From contig CM060731.1 of assembly GCA_030704615.1 (NCBI GenBank), positions 68,696,001 through 68,760,000 on the forward strand: a stretch of DNA of 64,000 nucleotides, read 5' to 3'. Position numbers and translations under genes: made by a program. The notes below the pieces were generated by a model. The model saw only the letters and a program-made list of their open reading frames with translations, ran no database searches and was not told where the DNA came from. The stretch is from Takakia lepidozioides (taxonomy: Eukaryota > Plantae > Bryophyta). Positions 12,750 through 25,469 of the stretch are shown here, in pieces (position 1 is the stretch's first letter; each line of letters opens with the position of its first letter).

Positions 12750-14492
12750 CAAGCTGGGGCTGAGGCCCTGGAAAATTTTTATTAATCAAAAGAGGCAAGA
12801 ACAACACGGAGGGAAAAATAACCTCCAGTAGGGCCATGTAGGCTTAACGCATGGGGAACACCCAGGGAACAAAGGGAAGAGGGGGAGTAGCTGGAGAAGT
12901 TCGAGCAGGGGAACAGTGAGATAAGGGAAAAACTGACCAAAAACCAGCACAGGAAGGCTAGCAGAGGAAGAGGAAGCTCAGCGCAGAAAGCATGAAGGCA
13001 CAGAGGCTACACCCAGGCAGGCTTGCAACTGTCCATAACGCTAAACTATCAAGCCGAGCAAAATGTAACAAGTCCGTTCACAAGTAGCAGGACACTACTG
13101 ACTCCCAGAATCCAGATGCGCTTTAGATTTGGAGGAGCCCAGTTTCTGATGTCGCCAATTGATGTCTGGAGCCTCGGAGTCAACCGGCGATTTGCCAATC
13201 CCAGGGGATGTCATCATTCCAGTGGACTCTTGATTCCGAGTGCCTGGTGCATAGGGTGTTGGCTTTTGCCCAGGAGAGGTCGAAATCCGCGTACAGCTGC
13301 TGGCACCTCCTTTCGTTACTCCTGCTGGCTGATGCAAGCAAAGCCACCCACGCTTTTCTGCCCTCAGTCATCAGATCCACATATATTTTGCAAAGGATGG
13401 ATCTGACACTGGGGTTTTTGCCCTACAAAACTAACGAGCATCTAGCCTTCCAAATAGCCCAAAGAGAGTGAGCTCTAAGGGTGGCCCATATGGGACAATT
13501 GTTCCAGGAAGAACCGTTGTGCAGACTGAGAAGTAAAAGGGGGGAAGATAATGAAGGTAGAGTTCCCCAGTTAGAGAAGAACTTCCCGACATAGTGCCAA
13601 ACCCTGGCAGAAATAGGACAGTGAATCAGGCAGTGCTCCAGCGTCTCACTGCTCCCGCCACGACAGGACAGGCAGGAAGGGTCAGTAACAGAGATGGAGA
13701 CACCAATCGGCAAAATCCTATTGGCAATTTTCCATAAGAAAGCACTGATTTTGGCAGATCTATGTTTCGCCCAAATGTCTTTCCAAACACTGTTCCACCC
13801 ATGGGTCTGTAGGTTGAAGGACCATTTCTTGTTCCATTTCTCGTCGAAGTTAGCTTTTCCAAGCAGCAACCTATATCCTGGCTTGACCGTGTACCCCAGG
13901 AAGGGAGTTTTAGAGCTGTTCTTCCAAGTCCACTCTCCTGGGTCCACCTGGAATCTGCTCAAAAGGAAACGCAGGAACCAAAACAGCGGCGTTCTGGATG
14001 CCCAGCAGAACTCTTGACCAGGTGGTGGCTTGGGATCAGGCTTACCCGTGAGAATCTCGATGACTCTAATCTTATAGGCCTCATCATGATGGAGCTGCCC
14101 AGATCCCTCCAGAGAAAGTAGGCCATCTTCGAGGGTGTTGAAGACAAGGCCCAGCCAATGCGAGTCCCTGGATTCAATTGCCAAGAGAGCTACAGGCACA
14201 TTTCCCTTGTAACTGCCAAACCAACAAGGGAGAGAACTGGCATTGCATCCACCACTAAATAAGAGGGGAAGCACATTTTGGATTCCCTGTTTAACATGAT
14301 CCCAACCATCTAATGGAGGAGGCCGACACCGAGGATGAGAGCGTTTTAGGATCAAGAAAATCACTATTTTTCCCACACGTTGGCCACATGCAAAAGACCC
14401 TTAGATTCCCAGGTAGCCCATTTTTTACTTAGGGAAATCAGGGGAGCATTTCCTAAGTTCTGATTTCCAAATAAAGGCTGCCTTATCGCTTC
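12750..14492 (-). mobile_element. L1-like non-LTR retrotransposon, 3' portion (zf-RVT region and 3' UTR)
   Basis: ORF 13423-14376 has W..IW....SAKISAFLWKIANRILP...C..C....ETLEHCLIHC..S..VW and LWAIWKARC motifs. AATAAA lies on the minus strand near 12780. Confidence 0.85.
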
Positions 14493-15630
14493 CTCAAAAC
14501 AAGTGGGCTTCTCTTGATGAATATGTGCTGCTTCTCATTAACGAAGCCATGCACAAAGCTAAAATCTCTGAGCAGCCTTTGGCTATTTTAATGCTGGACT
14601 TCGAAAAGGCTTTTGACAATATAGATTGGAGATTCTTGCACAAGGTTCTGGCAAAAATTGGGATGCCTGAATCATTTTCAAGATGGGTAGAGCTCCTTCT
14701 CTCTTCAGCATCTAGCAAGGTTGTGGTTAATTGTGCTATCTCTAAGCCTTTTGTTTTTTTCAGGTCTGTTAGGCAGGGCTGCCCTCTGGTGCCGTACCTC
14801 TTCCTCATTGCAGCAGATGCGTTGGGGCATTATCTAAGTTCTAGACAAGACATTGTGGGTCTAAAAGTTTTGGAAGACTCGTCTGTGAAATTGTCTATGT
14901 ACGCTGATGATACTACCCTGCTCTTGAACAATGAGAGTCCTCTCAACATCGATCGAGCTTGCAAGGCACTGAAATGCGCTGCGCCGCTTCTGGTCTGAAG
15001 GTAAACTGGAATAAGTCCGTAGGACTGCTCACGGAGCTTCCTCCCAATACTTCCAAATGCCATGGTCATGCATGGGGTCAAGAGCTGGGCCTCAGGTGGC
15101 TTCAACCAGGCACAACGCATACCCTGTTGGGCTTTCAAGTGGGAGTTGGCCTTACAGAAGAGCAGAGATACGAACCCATTCTCCGAAGGCTTCGTAATAA
15201 ACTCGCTTTTTGGAGTTCTGCAATGCTCTCTGTTGCAGGTAGGGCTCTTGTACTCTATCAAATCTTGCTAGCCTCTATGTGGTTTTCAGCATCTGTTTGG
15301 TCCCCAGGTTCAAAGCTCATTGCTAAGCTCAAAGCTATGATGCGTAACTTCCTCTCGGGAGCCACGCCGGCTGCACCCACCAAAAGAGCGCTGGTCTCTT
15401 TGGTCCCAACTCTGCAGGGCTCGCAAGGAAGGCGGCCAGGCTTGGGCTTATTGACCCTGCACTCCAGATTAAGGCTCTACTAGCTAAATGGGTTCCCAGG
15501 GTGCTTCGTTATGGTGACAGTCTATGGTGCATGCTGGTGAAGGAGCACCTCGTCCAATCACTACCCACCACTTCCACCTCATGGGCGCCTTCCTTAAAAT
15601 GGCTCGTCCAGGGCAGCGTTTCTTTTAAGG
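14493..15630 (+). mobile_element. L1-like reverse transcriptase segment, inverted relative to the adjacent 3' portion
   Basis: Motifs LDFEKAFDNIDW.FL, RSVRQGCPL.PYLF, YADDTTL, SGLKVNWNKS and LSVAGRALVL are present, with frameshifts. Confidence 0.9.
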
Positions 15631-15779
15631 TATTTACATTGTAGCACAAGTGGCATCCATTAGAACCTTATAGGAGCATGTCTGGCGCTTGTACAAAATG
15701 CTTAGTGGAAATGGCTGGCGATAATATGAGATTTTGAATGGGTATTGGGCGAGTGAACCTAAAACCTAGTAGACTTGTT

Positions 15780-16747
15780 GAGGCGAATAACCCAGAATTG
15801 ACGTAGCAAATTGGAGGGTTTAGGCATCATTGGAGACTAGGCAGAAATTATGCCAAACACCACCAAAACAATTTAAACCACCATTCATAAGTAGAAAACC
15901 TTATATTGCATCAGTCAATCTACACTAAGTGGCATATTTGAACCCTGGCCCAAAAAGACCCTGCCTAATGCTACATGGCACATAGATAAGAAGTATCAAT
16001 GTTTGCTCTCTTTAATCGCAGCCTTGAGTGATTACTGATACTAACATAAAGTGCATGCGAAAGCACGCTCTGCAACTTGCAAGCAGCCCTAAGGCCTGAA
16101 GAGAGGAGAGGAAAAAAATGAAAGAAGGAAGAGGTGTGTTTTAGGTTTTTTTTTTCCCCCTAAACTTGATGACATGTGTCCTTTCATCCCAAAAACAATG
16201 AATAAATGACATTCTCATTCCGTTAACCCTCTGCCACCCTTTTGATTATCATCCTCCTCTGCAGTCACCCTTTTGCCCTCCTCCACGGCCACCTTTTTCA
16301 TATTTAGGAACTTTATCATCCAAACCAGGTTGCTATCAAAACAAACTTTGAGGTGTTAGAAATCGAATACCAAGGCGTTTAGCTAGGACTGGAGATATTT
16401 ACCACTAAGCTACCCATACACATATCATAGATATGCTACTACAAAGTTTATCTATACAGATTGTACTATACTTACCCATATATATATATATATATAATGG
16501 GCAACCGCGTCCTCCCGCGCACTCCGAATGCGGCGATGTCCTGCACGTGGTCGGTGGGATCTGGCTCCTCTGCTGTAAACTGTCTTCACTCAATATGGCG
16601 CCATGTGCCTCCCTGTGGTGGCCCCTCTAGCGAATGGTGGCCCATCAGATCAGCTTTTGGCGAAAAGTGATTATTTTTCAGCCTCATTTCCCTTTACCCC
16701 TGTCGCCAAGACCCGCACGAGGTCGAAATCTGGCGATTATTCGCCAC
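15780..16747. mobile_element. Possible non-autonomous DNA transposon remnant bounded by imperfect inverted repeats
   Basis: ggcgaataacccagaattgac (~15782) resembles the reverse complement of gtcgaaatctggcgattattcgcc (~16722-16745). The interior is noncoding and contains a (TA)n run. No TSD was identified. Confidence 0.3.
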
Positions 16748-17813
16748 TAACAGAATGGCTGGTCCAGGGGCCTTACAAATCCAAAGGTAAGGGTTCCGCC
16801 GCCTAGAACTCCATTTGGAATGCTTGAAATGATTTCAGGCTAAAATATTTACTATATGTATAGTAGTGAGGCGTGCACCCCCTTATATAGCCTGGGAGGC
16901 GGCGTTGGAGACTTCGAGGACAGCCTGCGAGGCGATGGTGGGCCCTTCCAGAAGACCCTAGAGATAGCCCCACCAGTCCTACCCTACCCCACCTTTTTCT
17001 CTGGGCCTGCCTGACCTTCTCCTGCTTTTTCACTAGCCCCCCCAAGTTAGTCGTGCTAGCTAATCACTCGCTAATTTTCTTTGGAATGAAACTAGGGCTT
17101 ACATATTTACTTGCCATTTTTTCTCACATTTGGTCGTTCCAAAAGGGAGAGCATTGGATCAGCCAATGGGGAAGGAGAGCACCGACATTGGAATGGGTGA
17201 AATGTGAGGCCAGGTGTAGAGATGAGCATAGAAGTAGGAGGTGGACCCTCCTTCCACTTATAGAGCTTGGATGGGGCTGTGTGGGGATGAGGCAGTGGCC
17301 CTTCTAAGAAAGGCTCCACCACTGCCTTGAGAGAGTATATAATGAGGGTTAGGGCTACATTTTATAGGTTCCTTCTCCCTCCATCTCACTTTAGTGGGCT
17401 CAGCAAGTAGGGCCCGATCAGAAAAAGTATATTTGGAACCTGAACCATCTTCAAATGAATTTTAATAAGGGACAATTGTCAGTAGTCTCTAATTACAGTG
17501 GAAGCTACAGCTGCAGCTTCGTTTAGTCACGTGACCATGAAAGATACGTCTTCCTCCTCTTGGCTGGGCATGCACTTGTAACTACCTTCCAATTTCTTGA
17601 TCAGGTGAGCCTTGAGGAGTAAGAACTTTGGTATACTGTACTAAAGCACAAGCTCCCCAACAACAAGGTGTGAAACTGTGTCTCAGATTTGCGACCTTGT
17701 AACCCATGAGTTTGATGAGTCTGAGCAGAACACACGACCTGCTTGTTAAGCAACATCTCTACTTTCTGTTGAGAGTGTTTGAGTTAAGGAATATTTGTTG
17801 ACTGTCTGGAAGG

Positions 17814-19367
17814 ATGGCAACCACCACAAGAGATGAGCTGATGAGCAAGGCCCATCAGAAAGTGCCAGCGTCTGGGAACTTTGTGGATGGAGTTGCCTCC
17901 AAGGATGCCACCATCGATACAGAGACAGATACAGAAACTGGTGTGTGGGTGCGGATCTTTTTACCCCAGAGTGCCACCGAGAAGAAGGTGCCAGTGGTGG
18001 TGTATTACTTGGGAGGGGGATTTATCGCAGGAAGTAGTGATATGTCATATGTTCATGGCCATTGCACCTCCACCGCTGTGACGGCTAACGTAATGGTGGT
18101 GGCTGTGAGTTACCGACTCGCTCCTGAGCACCGGCTTCCAACAGCTTACGAAGACAGCTTCAGTGCTCTTCTCTGGCTCCAAAAGCAGGTATCCTGCAAC
18201 CCTCGCCATTTTCGTTGTCCATACATATGGCTATGGCCTAGTAACCCGACGTGTCAAACATTATATTGCTCTCGCTCCATTAGCTCCATCCAGCAAAGTT
18301 CAGAGCAAGTACAGGAGCAATCAGCAATTTGAAAAGTGTCATCTGTTCAGAAAATAATGATCCTGGGGATGAGGTGTGATTGCCAGTAGTCACGGTGGAA
18401 TCCATTATTCCGGAACTAAAGTTGGATGATCCATGTCCAAAATCATGAAATGCACGGTTAGTTTGATTGCATACAAGTGTTACATGCTCCGTTTGCAATT
18501 CGCTTTACCCACAAATCCAGATTGCAGGAGGGCGCAAAAATGGCAGTCTTCAAGTCCATCCACTGCCAGTCACGGAGATGTGTCTAGACATTCTTTGTGA
18601 GAACGATCGGTGAGCCCAGATGTACCTGTCTGCATGTAAGGCACCGGTCCACGAAATAGGTGTTTGATAGCACGACTAGTGCTTTGCTAATTCTGGGCTA
18701 AAAGTCGGGAGCATACTTGTCTTCTTCTCTCGCTCAGTGGCTCCGGCAATTCATTGAATGTTAATGATCGCAGGCCATACTTCAAGCGAATGGAAGAGGA
18801 GGAGGTGAGACATGGCTTATTGAACATGCCGATTTCTCACAGTGCTTTCTGATGGGAGAGAGTTCGGGCGGCAACATTGTGCACCATTTGGCAGTGCGAG
18901 CATGTAGCGAAGATCTAAGCCCTCTATCTCTCAAAGGACTCATCCCTATAGTTCCTGGCTTTCTGACAGCGTCCCCAAGCACTTCTGAAGAGCGGTACAA
19001 GAACGATCCTGATTTCACAACTGAGGGTATCGATGAAGTCATTCGCCTAGCTCTCCCCGTAGGAGCATCTAGAGCTCATCCATTTTTGAAGGTTCCATTT
19101 GGCCCGGATGCTCCAAACCTTGCAGAGGCAAATTTTCCTCGCATGTTGGTGATCGTAAATAAAGAGGATCCAATATACGATCAGCAGCTGCAGTATGTTA
19201 ATGGTCTCAAGAATATCGGGAAGGACGTGAAGCTATTCGAGATAGAGAAAGGGGGTCATGGCTACAGATTATATAGTAATGAAGATATGATGAGGCCCCA
19301 AGAGGAGACCATAGCTGATTTTATCACTGGTAGAACTGCGGTAACTAATCCAGACTCTAGAGAATGA
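17814..19367 (+). CDS. Carboxylesterase (CXE/HSL-type alpha/beta hydrolase), 2 exons (17814-18188, 18774-19367)
   Basis: Motifs VPVVVYYLGGGF, VSYRLAPEHRLPTAYED and nucleophile GESSGGNIVHH, with acid DPIYD and His GGHGY. A phase-0 GT-AG intron joins the frames. Confidence 0.9.
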
Positions 19368-19940
19368 TCCTTTAAATCTTTGGCTGAAGCTTGAGTTTTC
19401 TGCTTCTGGAAAGCAAATGTTGAGCAGTCTTTTGCTTATCATGGTTTTAATTTTGCAATATCATACTTCAAGCTCCTCGTAAGGGGCAGGTGGTGATCCA
19501 TGGGGCTTGGCTGCAAATATATACACGCAGCATTCAGCGAGTAGGATCCTTAGCATCCCAGTAACGCATTGCTTTATACAGCCCACTTTGGAATTATGCC
19601 TGCACATCAGAAGGCAGGAGGGAATGGTGGGAAACAAAGCACACTCATGCACACATGCCTCATATCATGCACACCCCTGAGAAAGAGCAAACCCCCAAGA
19701 AAGTGAAGCAAACTGTTTGTAAAACAGCAACAGATACACTTACAGAACGAGCATGACAGTGAACCATGTTATATTGTCTGGTGAAAATTCTGGGACTTGA
19801 ACACAACAGTCTCACTTCAGATGGACTTTGCCTTTCTTGCTCCAAATAAACTCACAGCTCACCAAACCAACCATTGGGTATGACATCCAGACTTGGGGTG
19901 TAATATACAGGGTTAAGGGATAAGGTACATTGTACAAAAA

Positions 19941-22586
19941 TCAATAACATATAGGACACCTCATCAAGCCATTCTCATTGCACTCAGGGCATCGTGCTAC
20001 TTCATTGGCCTCAGTGATGATCTTGCAGCTCCCACTGCAGTCAGAACAGGGCACAAATCGGACTCCACCACAACCTTCACAGTTTTTCCTTGATGTTTGC
20101 ACAGGGAGACCTTCAACCAGAACTGCCAGGATTCCATTTTCGTGCAGTTGGGAAACCTCATCTGCTCCTCCAATATATCTGCCCTTAATGAATAGCCTTG
20201 GAACAGGAACTGGTTTCCCAGCCAGGTCTTTCAACTCTTGCCGAAACTCAGCATGCATAGATACATCCCTCTCATCAATGCACACATTTAAGCCTTGCAG
20301 AATCATTCTCAAGTTGGTGCAGTCTTCAAATGTCTTTCTGATTCCCCTTAAGCTGGTGGTGTAGAGCACCACTCTCTGATCACCACCTGGGGGGCACTTC
20401 TGCTGAAACCCTTCCAAAGGATCAACATGCTCCTTATTGTCAGGTAGGGATTTGGAGAACGGTGTCTTCTTAACACAATCATCTTCACCCTGGACACCCA
20501 CTCCTGTGATCTTGTTCCCTTTAGCATTCAAATCAGCTGCAGACAAAGCCCTCTCTGCAGTTCTCCCCGAACATGGACTATCAGCACCTGAACTACCAGC
20601 AGGTGTTGCTGCCTCACTTCTCACATTGCACCAATCATCTGCAGAGAAGAGTTCCAAAGCCTCCTCAAAGGAAGCCAGGAGGTCAGGATCAATCAGTGGG
20701 TTGTTAGGATCTTCAAGACCATCTGACCAGAAAGTATTCTTTTGCTGGGGAGAGGAATCCTTCTTTACAACATCATCACCAACCTTAGGAGATGAAATTT
20801 CTTTTGTTGCGTCTTCAGGAGGCTCTTCAGGAGGCACTTCTGCAGGAGTGACATACACATAGCTAGAGTCTAAGCCAATTGCTTGGGAGCCATTTGGCAG
20901 GGCTTTCCTGGGGCCTGGGCTTGGAGAAACCATAGAGGTGCTTCGGTTAGCCAATCCACTAGCTTTCGCAGTCCGGTTGGAATCAGTCTCTGTGTTTTTT
21001 CCCATAACACTACCTCCCTTTACGGGGATACCTGTGCCTCCCTCCATGCTAGCTTGTTGGCTATTATAAGCAGCCTTGGATCTTGCCATAGTAGAGGACC
21101 GTTGAGAGGCGAGAGGCTCACCACTTCCCTGCATCTGTTGCAAAGGAGCCATGTTCCCGTCCTGGCTAGTGGCAACAGCATTGTACATACCATGCCGAGC
21201 TGAGGGATATTCCTGAGATGGAGGCGGCACCTTGTTGCTTTCCTGGCTAGCAGTGGCAGTCTTGGCCGTGACAATCCTTGGGGAGCGAGACTGTTGCGAC
21301 ACATGCAGCTTGCTGCCTTCCTGGTTACGAGTGGCAGCCTTCGACCCGGCATGCGTTGGTGAAGGAGATGGCTGAAACGAAAGAGGCATGCTGTCTACCT
21401 CTGCACTGGAAGCAGCTATAGGCTCAGTCCTGTGAAGTGGAGACTGCTGAATCACGAGTAGTGTGCTGCCTTCCTGGCTGCTGGCGACAGTCCTGGCTGC
21501 TGGCTGAGATGGAAGAGGCACATTGTCTGCCTGGGTACCAACAGCAGCTTTGACAGGCACCTGCCTTGGTGAACGGGACTGTTGGATCACAAGGAGCTTG
21601 CCTTCCTGGCTGTTAGCCGCTGCTGGAGGCCCTGGCGTACGAGAACGCTGGGATGTAAGCAGCATGGTGTCTTCCTGGTTAGGTGTAGCAGCTCTGGCAT
21701 GTTTTGGCAAGGGGTACTCTTGCGTCGTGAGAAGCTTGCTATCCTCCCGAAAATTAGCAGACCTGGGCGTGGGCGCTGCAACTATTGATGAGGAAGTCGG
21801 GGCCACAGCTGATTCAGAAGAAGTGAGCTTCACAGCCGGCAACAAGGGGAGGGCTCCCTCCGGCTTTTGCATTGGAGGAGAAGTCGCAGGATGCGTAACG
21901 AGGGGTACCACTGGAGGTTTGGCATTCTCCTTGCCAGGGCCTGCACGACCAGAGATGGGACCGGAGAAGTTCCGAACTGCATTACTGGCATCCAAAGAGT
22001 GAACACCTCTCAGCACGTTCGGTGCTGCTGGTGCTATTGCGAGGCTCGGAACGCCGGAGTCCAACTCATTCACCGTATGAATGGTCGTGAATGTGACAGA
22101 CCTCTCGAAGGGCTTCATGGGTCCTGTAGATTTCCAAGGCTTCTTGGGGGGAAGGGAGCTACAAGTCTCATCGTCAAGGCCCTCCATGAGCTCCCACATG
22201 TTGATGGTTTCCGGATCCCTCTCCTCTACCCACTTCACTGGCCTTCTGTCCTCCATCACAGCTGCCGGCGGCACCTTGGGAAGAGTAAGGCTCATCTCAG
22301 ACCACGGTTTGGGAACCATGACCGCCGGTACATCGAAGTTCCTCATCTTCTCATACACTTCATCGACAGGATTTGAGGTGCCCACAGAAATGCGCCCATC
22401 TTCCACATGCTTTGGGGGATCCACTTTGAGGATGCCGTATGTGCTTGATGTGAGAGCCACCACATGATAGCTGTCACTCTTGTTGTTCTGAGCCTGAACT
22501 GGCATGGACGTACTCCTTGACAGATGTGAAAACCCCCAATCATTCCTCCCCTGTGTCTCCACACTCTTTGAAGCTGAACATCCCAT
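19941..22586 (-). CDS. Glutaredoxin-like protein of the 4xCxxC (GRXCR/At5g39865-type) class, 881 aa, single exon
   Basis: N-terminal MGCSASK acylation motif and ETINMWELMEGL motif. C-terminal VVLYTTSLRGIRKTFEDC...PRLFIKGRYIGGA domain followed by four CxxC motifs. Confidence 0.93.
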   Translation of the reverse strand: MGCSASKSVETQGRNDWGFSHLSRSTSMPVQAQNNKSDSYHVVALTSSTYGILKVDPPKHVEDGRISVGTSNPVDEVYEKMRNFDVPAVMVPKPWSEMSLTLPKVPPAAVMEDRRPVKWVEERDPETINMWELMEGLDDETCSSLPPKKPWKSTGPMKPFERSVTFTTIHTVNELDSGVPSLAIAPAAPNVLRGVHSLDASNAVRNFSGPISGRAGPGKENAKPPVVPLVTHPATSPPMQKPEGALPLLPAVKLTSSESAVAPTSSSIVAAPTPRSANFREDSKLLTTQEYPLPKHARAATPNQEDTMLLTSQRSRTPGPPAAANSQEGKLLVIQQSRSPRQVPVKAAVGTQADNVPLPSQPAARTVASSQEGSTLLVIQQSPLHRTEPIAASSAEVDSMPLSFQPSPSPTHAGSKAATRNQEGSKLHVSQQSRSPRIVTAKTATASQESNKVPPPSQEYPSARHGMYNAVATSQDGNMAPLQQMQGSGEPLASQRSSTMARSKAAYNSQQASMEGGTGIPVKGGSVMGKNTETDSNRTAKASGLANRSTSMVSPSPGPRKALPNGSQAIGLDSSYVYVTPAEVPPEEPPEDATKEISSPKVGDDVVKKDSSPQQKNTFWSDGLEDPNNPLIDPDLLASFEEALELFSADDWCNVRSEAATPAGSSGADSPCSGRTAERALSAADLNAKGNKITGVGVQGEDDCVKKTPFSKSLPDNKEHVDPLEGFQQKCPPGGDQRVVLYTTSLRGIRKTFEDCTNLRMILQGLNVCIDERDVSMHAEFRQELKDLAGKPVPVPRLFIKGRYIGGADEVSQLHENGILAVLVEGLPVQTSRKNCEGCGGVRFVPCSDCSGSCKIITEANEVARCPECNENGLMRCPICY

Positions 22587-25469
22587 CCTTCACGCCTTCA
22601 GAAGGAGACTAACAACGTCAACACACCTCCCTTGGTCTTGATGTATCAGGGAGGAGCAGAAACCAACCTAAGGAATCCTATTGAAGTACACATCCAGCCA
22701 AATCTCTGTACCTCCCCTTTCCTGACAGCTCAGAGTAGTTGCTCCTACCCTCATATAATCAAAAGCTTCTCCTCTTCAGCCTATCACCGGAGGGGAATAA
22801 GCACAGTAGCATCCATGTGACTCCAGCTCAGACATATCCATTTCAGCTACCCAAGTTCCAGCGACACACTGGGAGCAGTGTGGGGAGCAAAGCCCAATGA
22901 CGGAAGAAGCTTTGCAAACAATAAAACTCGCCCAAAAACAAACAGAAGAGCCGCCGCTTCCACTCCTAGAAGGAAAACCGCTAGGAAAACCAAGTCATCG
23001 TCGCAACCTGAGCTCCACCTGCTTCGCCAAGCCCTTATCAATCAACACTTGCACTCCGACAAACACCGTAAACTACCGACTGGAAGTGAGTGACCAGCCA
23101 CGGCCCCAAGAGCACACCACAGCATAGGACCAAGCTCCTCCAAAATCAAAGAATGCATTACCCCTCAATGCTAACGATCCAACCAGCAAGCAGTAGCGGC
23201 TCCAATTTGCGAAATACAAACCACGTCCACAGCTCACCCTCTCTCTCTCTCGGCTCTCGCTCTCTCGCCCCCACGACAATCTAGCAGACACGACAAAGGC
23301 CCACTCTGGCATTAATCACCTCCCTCCTCAGATCCATAGAGATCCGTGTAATGAAGGCAGACGCTTCCAATCCAGACCTCGCACCGCCATCGCTCCCTCA
23401 TCACTCTCTTCTGTTTCTTCCTCTTCTTTGTCTCTCTCTCGTCTGCTCGCAACCGTATCGACCAACCCCTGTGCGATGGGTCTACGCCACGCGCTCGCTT
23501 CCCATTCAACGCCCTCGCAACAACACGCTACCCACCAATCAACGACCTCCGAAACCTCTCGGATAAACTCCGCCCTTCGCTCACCTCTCCAACGGCGTAA
23601 AAACGTAAAAAGGTGCGTAAATTTAAACCTGCACGGCTTTCAACTGTGCGCCATAAAACGGTGGCACGGCGCAATCAGGTGGCACGGTTCAAAAATTCAA
23701 ACGCCCTGCCATCCGCATCCTCACCGTACACAAGTGAATCCGACGATGAATAGTCGCCCACGCCCCCTTGTGTACGGCGGCTTGCCGTTCGTTGGAGGAT
23801 CCACGGCTTGGATTGCGGCCGTACGTCACTGTGACTGCCATTAATTTCCATTAATTAGGTTTGGCAGATTAGGGTTTAATTAGGGCTTAACCACGCTCGT
23901 GACTCTCTTCGTCCCGCGGTTAGTTATTATGTATACCCTAGGTGTACGTTGCCGTATTAGCTCTTAATTACTTATTAATTACTTATTAATTATTTTTAAT
24001 TCGTATTTGAATCCGTAATTGGTAGATGAGAGAATGACGTCTCGCATCCACATATGGATGAGACATCCATGTGAGGTTCCGGTGGCTGAGCGGACTCGCC
24101 GGAGGAGACATGGCCCGCCTGCTTCACTGCAAGTGGGATTCGCATGGCCTCTCTCACTTCTTTGTCTTGCCTGTTGACATCTTTGCATCTTAAGTTACAG
24201 CCGAGTTGTAAAGGCACAAGCCGCCTCATTACTGGGGTTGCGCGTTAAACCACATGTCACCAAGGTGTCCACTTTCCCACCAGAAGGCACTAAGTTAGTT
24301 CTTCGAGGTTGGATGTCGCAAATGTGTCCACTTTCCCACCGGAAGGCACTGGTCCTTCGAGATCCCATGACACCATAAGTTACACTTGCTTCAGCAAGGC
24401 GGTCACTTTTTCTCTTTCTTGTCTGTTGGGCCTCCAATGCTGGCAGGGTAGCACCTTCACCATCAGGAACCTGCCATTGATATTCGATGGAAGAGGCCAT
24501 GAGGAAGTTGCCAGCTCCGTTCCAATAGGCTTATAAGGTGGGTGGAGGCCTCTAGCTTTGAAGGACAAGCTTTGGGGTCAAGAGACACCATAATTTACAC
24601 TTTCTTCGGAAGCCTGTCATATATATAACATACATAGGTGTGGCAATGGAATGAAACTTCCCCACAACCATATAAAAAAATTCACACCTCTGTAGTATGT
24701 ACATGTACTGACTCTTCGACATAGGAAAGATTCATGCTTCTAATTCCCTCTTTTTCCCTTTACAAGCCATCAGTGGCCATACTGGAATCGAAAGTGTATT
24801 TTGGCGCTAGCATATACATCCATACACAAACCTGTAGCAGCATCTGGGCTTGGGCGACATGGCAAACTCAGCTGCGTTTCCATACTCCCTTGGGTAACAC
24901 CCCAACTCAGTAAGCATAGAATACCAATCCCATACTGCTAATTCTTGTCTTCCCATTTAGTGCTTTGACAACATATGCATGCATCCCAACATGTTCTGAT
25001 GTGTCGAACAGACTCAATTTTTTACGAAGGAAGAGCCATATTTGATATATTCAACCAATCCATCATGTGGCCAGCTTGTTATGAGCCTGTTCGACCTCAC
25101 TATAGGACGGGAGTCGAAACAAAGCAACAGCAGGACTATTAACACACCAGGGGTGGTGGTGGTGTTGAATACGCTAAGTTCATCCTGCTGTCAAACCAAT
25201 TCTTCATCTCACTCCTTTTAACAAACAAACTTTACACTGTCCACAGGGTGCCAGAAGGGCCCATGGGACAAATTTAGCAGAACGATACCAACTTGAGAAA
25301 GCATCACACTCGAAGATAAGGTGCCTTGTGAATGCAAACTGCCAGGCACTCGGCCCGTGAACACTGAGAGTTTCTGCCAAAGAATGGGAGACCTAAAGAG
25401 CCGCCTCCAGCCTACCAAAAACTAATTAGGAGCATTAGCCGACGGCCAAGGTATGTTTTCAGACAAAAG

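Noticed and set aside
18189-18773. CXE intron starting GTATCCTG as a possible U12 intron
   Set aside because: It mismatches at +8 and has no CCTTRAY branch point near the acceptor, so it is treated as U2.
19978-22467. Plus-strand ORFs over the glutaredoxin gene
   Set aside because: They are antisense shadows of a long GC-rich ORF and show no recognisable domains.
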